The notes beneath the pieces were generated by a model. The model saw only the letters and a program-made list of their open reading frames with translations. It was not told where the DNA came from and ran no database searches. The translations under genes were made by a program, and so were the position numbers. Below, in pieces: positions 14,201 through 23,725 of a stretch of 64,000 bases of DNA. Source of the stretch: Owenia fusiformis (taxonomy: Eukaryota); the NCBI GenBank assembly GCA_903813345.2, contig CAIIXF020000001.1:7502001-7566000 (forward strand), given 5' to 3'. Within the stretch, counting starts at the first letter, position 1, and the number at the start of each line of letters is the position of its first letter.

Positions 14201-14664
14201 AAGACCATAATTTTAAGCATCTGTCTTGTGTGACAAAATCCCACTTAAAGCATTTTTGTAAACAGCCTTGATAAATTGCAAGTGGTTATAAATCCAATCC
14301 AATGTAATCACACTTTTTTGTTTTACTTATCATCTTAATATCATATCAGAATCTTTCAATAAGAGGTAAACAATGGAGGTGACAATGTTCATCATAATTT
14401 GTTGGATGTGTACACGATTTATATACTATTTACATTTACTATCCCTATCTGAAGGTTTTAAAAGCAAGACACAATATATGTAATAGAATTAGTACGTTTT
14501 TGAATAGGTCCTTTATCTTGTTCAGTGGGTGGAGGGTTCTCTTCTGCTACTGCTTGTTTCGTTGCATCTGGTGCATTATCTGGTGCATTATCTGGTGCAG
14601 TACTGGGTGCAGGAGCCTGCTCCTTATCCCCAGTACTTGTGGACGGATTGTTTGAGTCACTCAT
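2237..14664 (-). CDS. OFCC1/ojoplano-like protein with acidic low-complexity N-terminus, coiled coil, conserved middle domain and C-terminal TM helices; no stop found, so it probably continues past the left edge
   Basis: Frame-consistent GT-AG exons: 14664-14496, 13845-13810, 13480-13367, 13165-12824, 12542-12277, 11320-11159, 10877-10767, 10466-10325, ~10075-9933, 9644-9475, 9327-9196, 8828-8667, 8445-8304, 8099-7905, 3451-3312, 3039-2821, 2489-2237. Peptides WKVDWDKTPQPIQVKLSCLRGVKDKLP, SLYNRLGGHVMRWS and YKVPLLRGEMD...DLDHWLCNLY recall the OFCC1 family. The gene structure is solid; the name is from memory. Confidence 0.7.
4533..7198 (+). CDS. C-type lectin: signal/TM segment, coiled-coil neck and CTLD with QPD/WND (galactose-type) motifs; nested in an intron of the minus-strand gene
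   Basis: Exons 4533-5187, 6017-6190 and 6960-7198 join through phase-1 introns. CTLD sequence: CPPSSVQYEGTCY...TWHQAELTC...GGHLVAIETQSEQDFI...YWIGAND...EGQFIW...QPDN...EHC...WNDINC...ICE. Confidence 0.88.
5453..5967. mobile_element. Degenerate fold-back MITE in lectin intron 1
   Basis: The arms ctggagtta...catcc...ggacaaaattcgtttgatattgat and atcaatatcaaacaaactttgtcc...ggatga...taactccag are reverse complements. Ends are approximate. Confidence 0.5.
11621..12231. mobile_element. Tc1/mariner-type MITE
   Basis: TA-flanked TIRs CAGGGTGTCAAATAAGTCCCGTCCCCCC ... GGGGGGACGGGACTTATTTGACACCCTG, with further inverted similarity inside. Confidence 0.85.
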
Positions 14665-14680
14665 CTTTTACAGCTCACTG

Positions 14681-14828
14681 TAATCACAGATATTTGAAGA
14701 ATAAAGAGTCAATCATCATAAGAATTTTACAGCTGATTATAATCACAGTTATCTGAAGAATAAAGAGTCTATCATCATAAGAATTTTACAGCTGATTATA
14801 ATCACAGTTATCTGAAGAATAAAGAGTA
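14681..14828. repeat. 59-bp tandem repeat, about 2.5 copies, next to the start-codon exon of the OFCC1-like gene
   Basis: taatcacag(a/t)tat(t/c)tgaagaataaagagt recurs at 14681, 14740 and 14799. Confidence 0.8.
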
Positions 14829-15842
14829 AGATCCTACTCATAGGGGACTTGTGTAAGCTATTTTACTTTTCATTTTGATACCTACAAAATGTCCTTCCTC
14901 ACTTTGAGAAAAAAGTTTGAGGAAAAACATTTAAAGAAAAAGCAGTTTTAAAGAAAACAAGGCATTAACAATTAACATGACTAAATGTCTAAGTGGAGCT
15001 CACATAATATCATATTATGAGTTCAATCTTAAGTCTTTGAACTTCTGAGAACTTGTAGATGACTTTGAAAAAATTGGTCAATTTTGATGTAAGTTGAATT
15101 AAGACCTTTTTTATCTAACATGTCATTAACTTCTATTGAATGCTCCGAAGACCACAATAGAATCAGAATGAGATAAACAAAATTTACCTTCTCCTATATT
15201 GTAGCTTTACTCCAATCATAAATCCTATGTGTTTTATCCTGCCTTATACATGTATGCGGTATATGTCATGATCTAAAAATTGGAAATCAACCAGCTGCCA
15301 TTTTTTCACTTCATAATTTGAATTGCGAGTTTTGGTCTTATTACCTTACAAAAACGTTCAAAAAACACATGAAGTGATCAATGTATTAATGTTAGTTCAA
15401 ATCTTTTGGATTGCTTCTTTGAACTTTAGATCATTTAAATCTCAATTGAGTAGTTTTCCCAACTGTTCCACAGATCCAGAGCCAGATGCAGCACCTATTA
15501 GTAGTAGGCTCAAAGGATAAATGGGAAGAATCCGGAAGATAAGACTCAAAAAAATGACCACCCAAAAATATGACCCTCGTACTGACCTTTATTTCTTCCA
15601 TCTGTCAGACCATGGGCTTTCATCTAGTTGAAAGCCCATGGTCAGACATTGATTGATCAATATTTACCCTGTAATCTCTTCTTTATGTATTAGTTTGAAT
15701 GGTTGTATGATATCAATTATTGATGCTGTTAATCAAATTTTCCTTGGTCATTTCTTTCAAATTTCCAGAGCGTAAAGATAATGGAGTGTTTCGGTTTCGG
15801 TAATTTCCGGCAATGTCTGATGTTGTTCGTCTCTCAAATTAC

Positions 15843-15889
15843 GTCACATGGCAACAAACACTTTCTCGGTAATCTCTGATGTGACGTCA
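15843..15889 (-). promoter_or_regulatory. Candidate promoter motifs for the OFCC1-like gene: RFX X-box-like site and CRE
   Basis: GTTGCCATGTGAC on the minus strand at 15843-15855; TGACGTCA at 15882-15889. Confidence 0.35.
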
Positions 15890-17540
15890 TCCGGAGTGAT
15901 GTCATATTCTCAGAAACAACATTTGACTTCAGGAATAAACATTTGAACAACGGAAATAGTCGAAGCACTCCATTAAATATATGCTTGTTTATTTTATGCT
16001 TTTATCAACAGACGCTTTCTTGAATGCGTGGCTATAGTGATTGGAGATGAAGCTAACAACAGTACGCATCATTTGAGGTATGACATGTGATATTTATTGA
16101 TAAACTGACTCCAAAATCAAGGAAATATATATTTTCCGAAGATCTTATGTCTTGTCCTTGAGTATATTTATTGAGCCTAGACACGACTGAAGAAGAGGAA
16201 GACTGTCATCCTCCTAAGCAGGTATCCAGTGCCAGGACTATAGTCCTGCGAACGTCTTATTCTTTTGCCTGTACGATTACAACATGGGAGAATTTTCTAC
16301 GCTTCTTACACTTAAGATACCTATTTCAATAGATTCCTTGGTATTTTAACATTCTTTTCCACAATTGTCTGGGTTTATCGGCAGAACAAAGATATTTTTG
16401 TTTTTGATCGCAATATTTGCATGTAATATTTAACTTATTTCAACCGTCAAATTCTTCCATTTATTGGTACATCCGGGCCACTTCCGGGTCAGTCAAACGG
16501 GGAATCCCCTTTTAAATCCGACCGCCATCTTGGAAAGTGATGGAATATCTCTCGATGAAAAAGAAAAATGTTCCCATTCTGCCGATATACCAAAACAATT
16601 GTGGATTCAACTACACAAAAAGATTGCTAAAATACCCAGGAATCTATTGAAGTAGGTATCTTAATAGTCCAACAACATTAGACCTAGCCCGGGCCTCATT
16701 TCTTATCTGACATGTGTTATGGCCCGGCTAGGTCTAACCTCCATGACCATTTTGCCTTTGATGCGTTAATTTAATCGTTCAGCAGGTTTCGACAAGCGGA
16801 ACTAATTGAACCGTGAAAACATGGCAATATTACACAAAGAATGTGATTCAAGCATGCATACATACCTTATAAACACATACACCCCATCCCGTATCCCCCT
16901 TAGACCCTATTGATGCATAATTACGAAAATATTGGAGACAGGTTTGGAATATGACGAAAATGTCGGTCAGTTTCGGTAACATCGAAATTGCAAATCGTTT
17001 CAGGAATTAACCGTCATCACGGCACTGCATTAACGAACAGTTGGTTTGCAATTAATAACTATTTTGCGTGTATATACGCGCTATATAAATTAATCAAAGA
17101 TACCTGTTATCCTCAAAATTGATCTTTTTATCCCGAGTAATCGCGATAATAATTATCAATCTCTTTGACCACAATTTCGTTTCGCTGGTAGTTTAATTTT
17201 ACGATCCGGGACACTCAGATGAACAGACACAATGACGGACATGCGGAAATGTCACTTTAGAGATTGGTAAGTGTAGCCTCATTTTACTCGTATAAATGAA
17301 CATTTAACACAATAATATTGTGTTAAATCGCTTGATGTTATGTGTTTTTATATTATTGTCAAGTATCAGTTGCACGAAAACGAGACTGAAATAATGAAAA
17401 GCTAAAACTCCGAACTGACGAGGATAAGTGCCGTTTGTTACTATAAAACACATAGGAGTTGAGTTATTCTTCCTTTTAGAGACGTTTAAGTTACCAGGGA
17501 GTCTACTGAATCCATTAAAAGTGAATGTAGGCGTAGAATA

Positions 17541-18605
17541 ATGTCGCAAACCACTATCAAAAACTTTTACAAAGGAAATACCAATTCTAGCCAAAATGGC
17601 GTCGGTGAAGATCGATCTCGAGACAGGGCTAGAGCAACTCACTCAGATAGACCTCCAAGCAAGAGAAGACAGGCTGGAGACAGCAAGGGGAAATATAGCA
17701 TACATGGAAGTGATAGTGAAGATGACACGGCCATGACTGAGTATCATAGTGACTCGGATACATTCGATAGTGCCAACGTGGAACCGGAAGTACTTACAAA
17801 ATCATGGATGGAGAAACTTTTGAAAACTGCCCTGGACAACCAAGAGAAGAAAATAGAAGCAATGGTTAAAAGCTCGGTAAAGAAGACCATTCACAGAGCA
17901 CTAGAAGCTACCAATTCGAGACTCTCTGACATTGAAAAAGAAAACTCTGAGCTTAAGCAACAGGTACTCGATATGAGGAAAACAATGACAGATATGACTG
18001 AAGAAATAAACCATAACGCCCAGTACTCCCGGAAGAATACTGTACGGTTGCTCGGCATACCAGAATCTGCAGAAGGGAGTGCAGATGAGAACTGTATACA
18101 GAGTATATCTAATTGCCAAGCAGTCAAGGATAAACTCGATATTAATTGGAAAGAGACTGTTGAAGTAGCTCATAGAATTGGACGATTCGAGCGCCAAAGC
18201 AGGTATCCACGACCAATTATTGTGAAATTTAAATATCGAGGAGATAAGAACGATCTTCTTGCCACTAGACATAGACTTAAGGGAACTAGAGTCATTGTTT
18301 ATGAGGACTTAAGTCCAAGAAACCGTAAGCTTCTTTACACTGTAAAGAACAACGAAGAAGTTGAATCAGCATGGACGTCAAATGGTAACATCAAGGGTCG
18401 TCTTAAACGCGGAGATGTCATGACCTTCAACATATCATCCGATGTGGATGTCCAGGTCCAACAACAACTAGCCATGCCCAGACCTAATAGACCCCCCCGT
18501 CCATCTAACCCAGTAGTAAGGGGTAACTCAAGTGAAACACCGACCGAACAGGGTGCATCAGGGTCTACAACAAATGATGCCACAAAGCCAGTTACACCCC
18601 CATAG
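17541..18605 (+). CDS. LINE ORF1 protein (coiled coil, RRM-like domain and CTD; L1-ORF1-like type)
   Basis: 354 aa. Motifs QYSRKNTVRLLGIPE, VAHRIG, RPIIVKF, YEDLS, WTSNGNI. Confidence 0.85.
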   Translation: MSQTTIKNFYKGNTNSSQNGVGEDRSRDRARATHSDRPPSKRRQAGDSKGKYSIHGSDSEDDTAMTEYHSDSDTFDSANVEPEVLTKSWMEKLLKTALDNQEKKIEAMVKSSVKKTIHRALEATNSRLSDIEKENSELKQQVLDMRKTMTDMTEEINHNAQYSRKNTVRLLGIPESAEGSADENCIQSISNCQAVKDKLDINWKETVEVAHRIGRFERQSRYPRPIIVKFKYRGDKNDLLATRHRLKGTRVIVYEDLSPRNRKLLYTVKNNEEVESAWTSNGNIKGRLKRGDVMTFNISSDVDVQVQQQLAMPRPNRPPRPSNPVVRGNSSETPTEQGASGSTTNDATKPVTPP

Positions 18606-19957
18606 ACCACACTACATTTATGTATCTAACAATAGTAAGATGAACGAACTCACTTTGGTGTTATTCTGTAAGTACTGTAATCATCAGATATGAGTGACTG
18701 TCATTATTGTCTATATAGATCTTCATTAAGTTGTGAACATGACACAAACCTGCGATCAACAATGATAATTAGGTTATCTCTCACTCAGGACAATTTACTT
18801 ATTTCTAGATGTAATATTCTTTACCTTGCACCACAGATTTACAGTCTGGACAATATCGTATTGAGAATACATGTATACCAAAAAGTGCCCAAGTCTAGTT
18901 TTTAAACCTTTATGATATCCACAGATCAAGTTTGATATCATAACCATGAGAAATCTATTCATTTCTGGTGAGCCCTTCATGCACATTCTCATGTTTCCGT
19001 CACCAATATAAACAAAGTCACGTGAGTGGTATCACGTGATCAAAACAACCGTTTCCGGTCAGTATGACCTGTGATAACTTGAAGTTTCGAAGCACTCGAT
19101 GTTATTCTGGATTTTAAACGACAAATCGATGGGATATTGTGTATTGAAGTTGGCGACAGAAACAGCAAGGTAATGCATATGATATATGAGAATCCGAGTG
19201 CTATATAATGTAAACTAAATAGTCAAAATTATTAGTATAAAGTAGAAAGCTACCGGTAAGATTTGGATCAATTTTTTCATTCAATCCAGTAAGCATTTGT
19301 GATTTAACTGATACAGTTTTCAGACACTGCATGTACTCGGTTTTTCCCATATCATTATAACATTGGTAATATAGCCTAGCTTTCAATAGTGTAACACGGT
19401 GTTTTTGTTAGCGTTCAAGGAGCTTAGCGGGCACCCAAAGGGGAGATTGAAAAGTGTATTTGTAAATAGTCTATTGTATTTGTGTAAATGTATTTTTAGA
19501 GCATTAATTTGTATTTTGTACGAGTTAGTGTGGGGGGGGGGGGAGTTACTGTTGATGAACGTAGTACCCTTTGGGAACCCGCGTAACCTGTACATAGGAG
19601 TTACCTAAATTTGGAGATCCTGAAAGCTGTTCGTTACTTCTTATTTTCGTGTGACTGTATTGTTTATAAATGAATATCTTATTATATGAGGAACTCAACA
19701 AATTACTAATATCTAGGCACTGTTCCTCATATGTTTTAGGAATTTCTGCATTTCCAGGCAAACCAGTATGTTGGCAAAATGCATATATGTACTTGTAATC
19801 AGACTGATGTATTGGTTTGTGTTTGATTGTGTTTGTGTTTGTTTTGCTTGCTCATCCAAGTCACATGTATCTAATTGTACACGTACATGTAGCTCATACT
19901 TTTCAAATGAACTTATCAAGAGTCCCTATAGCCCTGCAAGATCAGGAATAGGGTAAT

Positions 19958-22900
19958 ATGCCCTGTTGTACTGAATCATGGAGAAGAGCAGTTGGACTTT
20001 TTAATTGGCACCACATATTAAGCTTGGAAAACATATTGGAACCGGGCTCTCAATTGAAATGTGAATACTCTACTGAATTTTACCAGCTGACTGTTATTTT
20101 AGTTGCATTTTTAACTCTCTTACTGATTGTAGGAGGGTTACATGTATCTAGTTGTAAATTGCAAATTCTGCCCTTTGTCTTGGTATTTGCATTTCACATA
20201 GTCTACATTTGCATTATTTTATATACCATGTTGTCTATAATAAGATATTTGGTGAGTCTCTATTCACATACAATACCAATTATACTTAATATTTCATTAC
20301 TAACTGTGGTCATTTCATGTATACCTGGATCTACATTACTTATACATAATCCAAGCCACATGTATTACTTATTGCTCCTACTATGTGGGGATATTGAAAG
20401 TAATCCAGGCCCATCAGATGACTTAAAAATTTTGTTCAGCAACATTAACAGTGTGAAGGCAGACTCACTAAATCGCTTAAATTTCCTGAAAAATTATGCA
20501 GCAAAGGAGGAGTTTCATATTATAGCCCTATGCGAATCGGGTAATATCACACCTGAAGATCTAAAATCAAAGAATTTTGACATAAGTAACTATGGCGCAC
20601 CAAAATTTTGCTCAAACTCTGGCAGAGGCTTGATTTTATGGTCCCATGATTCTGTTGAAGTAAAAATTTTGGATCAATTTAGATCAGCTGACCTGGTCAA
20701 CTGCTGGATTGAAGTTAAACTAAACTTCAAAACATTTCTATATGGATTTTTTTACAGATCACCATCAATGAATGCTAATGATACCAGGCGGTACTTCTCT
20801 GATTTCAAAGATAATATATCTAATGTGGCAATACATCCGAATAATGGGATATTTATTAATGGGGATTTTAACGCAAGAAATGATGTATGGTATGAACATG
20901 ATCATAACAATTTAGCTGGAACTGAATTATTTAGTACATTAACTGAACTTGATCTTTTGCAACTCGTCTCTGAACCAACCAGAGTCAGGCAGAACTCAAA
21001 GACATGCATTGATTTACTCATAACCAATTCCGAACATGCGATTTCTCACAGAGTTGATCCCCCGATTGGAAACTCTGACCATTGTGCAATTGTGTCAACC
21101 ATAAGATCGAGGATTCCAAGAGAGCCATCTATTAAAAAGACCATGTGGAACTTCAGTAATGCTGATCTACAGCAACTTAATGCCAATATTACTAACTCTG
21201 ATTGGAGTTTCATATTTGAAGACTCTGTCAATAGTGCAACCAATAGATTTATTGATAATTTTATGTCCATAATCAAGACAAGTATTCCTTGCAAAATTTT
21301 TTCTACACGTTATGATGATCAACCATGGTTTAATAGCTCAATTAAAAAGGAAATCTATAAACGTAATAAACTTCATCATAAATTCAAAGCAACAGATAAC
21401 ATAGAATTTTATGAAAAATATGTGACCCAAAATAGAAAAGTAAATCTATTGATTAGCGAGGCCAAAGCAAACCACGAAATCAAACTCAGAGAAAAGATTG
21501 ATAATGTTTCAAAAAACTCTACAGAATATTGGACTTTAATCAAAACTCTTTTGGGTAAAAATCATACAAGCTCATTTCCTGTTCTTATTGATCCTTTGAC
21601 AAATATCTCAGCATGCAGCAGCTTTGAAAAGGCTGAAGCTTTTCTAAAATATTTTGCAAGTAAAAACTGTGTTGATATTAATAATACCAATGAACCACCA
21701 CTTGAACTTAGAACAAATACAATATTGCCAGAAATCAGAACTTCTCCACAGGAGGTATTTGAGCTGTTCTCTAACCTAGATGTAAATAAATCCCATGGAC
21801 CTGATGAGATAACCAACAAAATGATTAAACATAGCGCCTCTTCTCTTTGTCTTCCTGCCAGTCAATTGTTTAATAGAATTTTAGATGAGAATATTTTCCC
21901 AGACATCTGGAAAGAAGGCACTGTCATCCCAATATTTAAGAAAGGGGACAGAGGCACAATAAGTAATTATAGACCAGTGACCCTCTTATGTACTTTTTCT
22001 AAAATATTGGAAAGGATCATCCATAAGAGATTACTTCTCCACTTGCTTGAAAATAATTTATTATACAAACTCCAAAGTGGCTTTTTACCCAAACATAATA
22101 CAGTGAACCAACTTATTCATATTGTTCATGACCTCCATACTAACATCGATAATGGTAAAAATGTGCGTTCCATATTTCTTGATCTCACGTCAGCGTTTGA
22201 CTTAGTTCCACACCATCTTCTTTTAAAAAAACTAAAAGCCTATGGATGTAATGACAATTTTATCTCCTTAATGACATCTTATCTTTCAAATAGGAGAATA
22301 CAAGTACGGGTAAACAATAGTTTATCCAAATGGTCAAAAGATCGGGAACAGCGTAATGCCAATTTTGATCCTAGCCATAATGGTAGTCATAATTTTACCA
22401 TAAATGCGGGTGTGCCGCAGGGGTCTGTTTTGGGACCCCTATTATTTCTAATTTATATTAACGACTTACCCGACAATCTCAACTCAAAAACTTTTATTTT
22501 TGCTGACGACACTTCACTGTATGATGCGTATGATAAAAATGAAGTCTTTTTAAACATTAATCAGCCATTACAAGATGACCTTGACACTTTACACCAATGG
22601 TCATTACTATGGAGAATGAAATTTAAAGCTCAAAAGAGTGCTGACATAACTTTCTCGGGACAACGCACCCAGAATATTAACCAATCTCCCCTAACTTTGG
22701 GAGGTGAAGAGATACCCATTTGCACAACGCATAAACATCTTGGACTAGTCCTGGATTGTAAACTTAATTTCAATGCCCATATAGATCAATTAATTGGTAA
22801 AATAACCTCCCTAATTAGACCCTTGAAAGCTCTCTGTAAAAATTTACCAGGTAAGCACCTTGAAAAAATCTATAATGCCTATTTTTTACCACACTTTGAC

Positions 22901-23725
22901 TATTGTGACATAATCTATAATAAAGCCTCCTTAGCAAAACTACAAGCTCTCGACAGACTGCATTACAAAGCAGCATGCCTGGTGTCTGGTGCTATCCATG
23001 GATCAAGTACAGACAAAGTTCTTTCCTCTATTAATTGGAAAACCCTCTCCTCGAGAAGAGATGAACATTTAAAAATTTTCTTATTCAAAGCTCGCTTCAA
23101 CTGTTTCCCACCCTTTATTTGTGACCTAGTTCGTACATATGAAATCACTCATACCAGAGACCTCAGATTCCAGCATGACTATAGAATTCCGAATCATTTG
23201 AGTTCATCTTGTGGTAAATCCACTATTTTTAATTCCATGAAGGTTTGGAATAAACTGCCAGCAGCGATTAGAGTTGGTCAACCCATTTCAAGGTTTAAAA
23301 GGTCAGTGAGAGAGTACACGAGCCTTGTCTCTGTATCAACTACTAAAATGACTAGGTGCATGCCAAGGCAAATAGAAATCAAATTCAATAGACTAAGAGC
23401 TGGTCTACTTTTGAACAGTCACTTTTATTCTCATAATTTCCTGTCGGTAACAGATCCCAAATGTCAATGTGGTGAAAAATTTCAAACCACTGAACACTTT
23501 TTAATCAAGTGTCCACTGCTCCTTAATGAACGTGAAGTTCTTCTTGCAGGACTATCAGACTTGGACTGTTTACGAGATTTTGAAGCATACTCAATTCAAA
23601 GGAAAACACATTTTCTATTAAATGGAGATGAAAATTTGGACTTTGAAACAAATGAAAAACTGATTGAAATCACTGCTCACTATACATTTCAAGCTATACT
23701 AAGTCTGGGACAGGGTAATTTTTAA
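19958..23725 (+). CDS. LINE ORF2: hydrophobic leader, 2A-like motif, APE endonuclease, reverse transcriptase and C-terminal Cys/His motif
   Basis: 1255-aa open frame. APE motifs NINS, ALCES, GDFNA, IDL, SDH. RT motifs NYRPVTLL, FLDLTSAFD, GVPQGSVLGP, FADD, HKHLG. C-terminal CQCG...TTEHFLIKCP. Confidence 0.95.
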   Translation: MPCCTESWRRAVGLFNWHHILSLENILEPGSQLKCEYSTEFYQLTVILVAFLTLLLIVGGLHVSSCKLQILPFVLVFAFHIVYICIILYTMLSIIRYLVSLYSHTIPIILNISLLTVVISCIPGSTLLIHNPSHMYYLLLLLCGDIESNPGPSDDLKILFSNINSVKADSLNRLNFLKNYAAKEEFHIIALCESGNITPEDLKSKNFDISNYGAPKFCSNSGRGLILWSHDSVEVKILDQFRSADLVNCWIEVKLNFKTFLYGFFYRSPSMNANDTRRYFSDFKDNISNVAIHPNNGIFINGDFNARNDVWYEHDHNNLAGTELFSTLTELDLLQLVSEPTRVRQNSKTCIDLLITNSEHAISHRVDPPIGNSDHCAIVSTIRSRIPREPSIKKTMWNFSNADLQQLNANITNSDWSFIFEDSVNSATNRFIDNFMSIIKTSIPCKIFSTRYDDQPWFNSSIKKEIYKRNKLHHKFKATDNIEFYEKYVTQNRKVNLLISEAKANHEIKLREKIDNVSKNSTEYWTLIKTLLGKNHTSSFPVLIDPLTNISACSSFEKAEAFLKYFASKNCVDINNTNEPPLELRTNTILPEIRTSPQEVFELFSNLDVNKSHGPDEITNKMIKHSASSLCLPASQLFNRILDENIFPDIWKEGTVIPIFKKGDRGTISNYRPVTLLCTFSKILERIIHKRLLLHLLENNLLYKLQSGFLPKHNTVNQLIHIVHDLHTNIDNGKNVRSIFLDLTSAFDLVPHHLLLKKLKAYGCNDNFISLMTSYLSNRRIQVRVNNSLSKWSKDREQRNANFDPSHNGSHNFTINAGVPQGSVLGPLLFLIYINDLPDNLNSKTFIFADDTSLYDAYDKNEVFLNINQPLQDDLDTLHQWSLLWRMKFKAQKSADITFSGQRTQNINQSPLTLGGEEIPICTTHKHLGLVLDCKLNFNAHIDQLIGKITSLIRPLKALCKNLPGKHLEKIYNAYFLPHFDYCDIIYNKASLAKLQALDRLHYKAACLVSGAIHGSSTDKVLSSINWKTLSSRRDEHLKIFLFKARFNCFPPFICDLVRTYEITHTRDLRFQHDYRIPNHLSSSCGKSTIFNSMKVWNKLPAAIRVGQPISRFKRSVREYTSLVSVSTTKMTRCMPRQIEIKFNRLRAGLLLNSHFYSHNFLSVTDPKCQCGEKFQTTEHFLIKCPLLLNEREVLLAGLSDLDCLRDFEAYSIQRKTHFLLNGDENLDFETNEKLIEITAHYTFQAILSLGQGNF
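20369..20413 (+). other. 2A-like StopGo (ribosome-skipping) sequence LLLLLCGDIESNPG|P
   Basis: Exact match to D(V/I)ExNPGP at 20390-20413, preceded by a Leu tract and lying just upstream of the APE domain. Confidence 0.85.

Noticed and set aside
16312-16664. Stand-alone TTAA-flanked Kolobok MITE
   Set aside because: The inverted symmetry continues outside the TTAA once the 16665-24104 insertion is removed, so this is the core of the larger fold-back element.
17304-23148. Minus-strand ORFs within the LINE, as an ORF0-like antisense gene
   Set aside because: They are short shadow frames of ORF1/ORF2 with no motif support.
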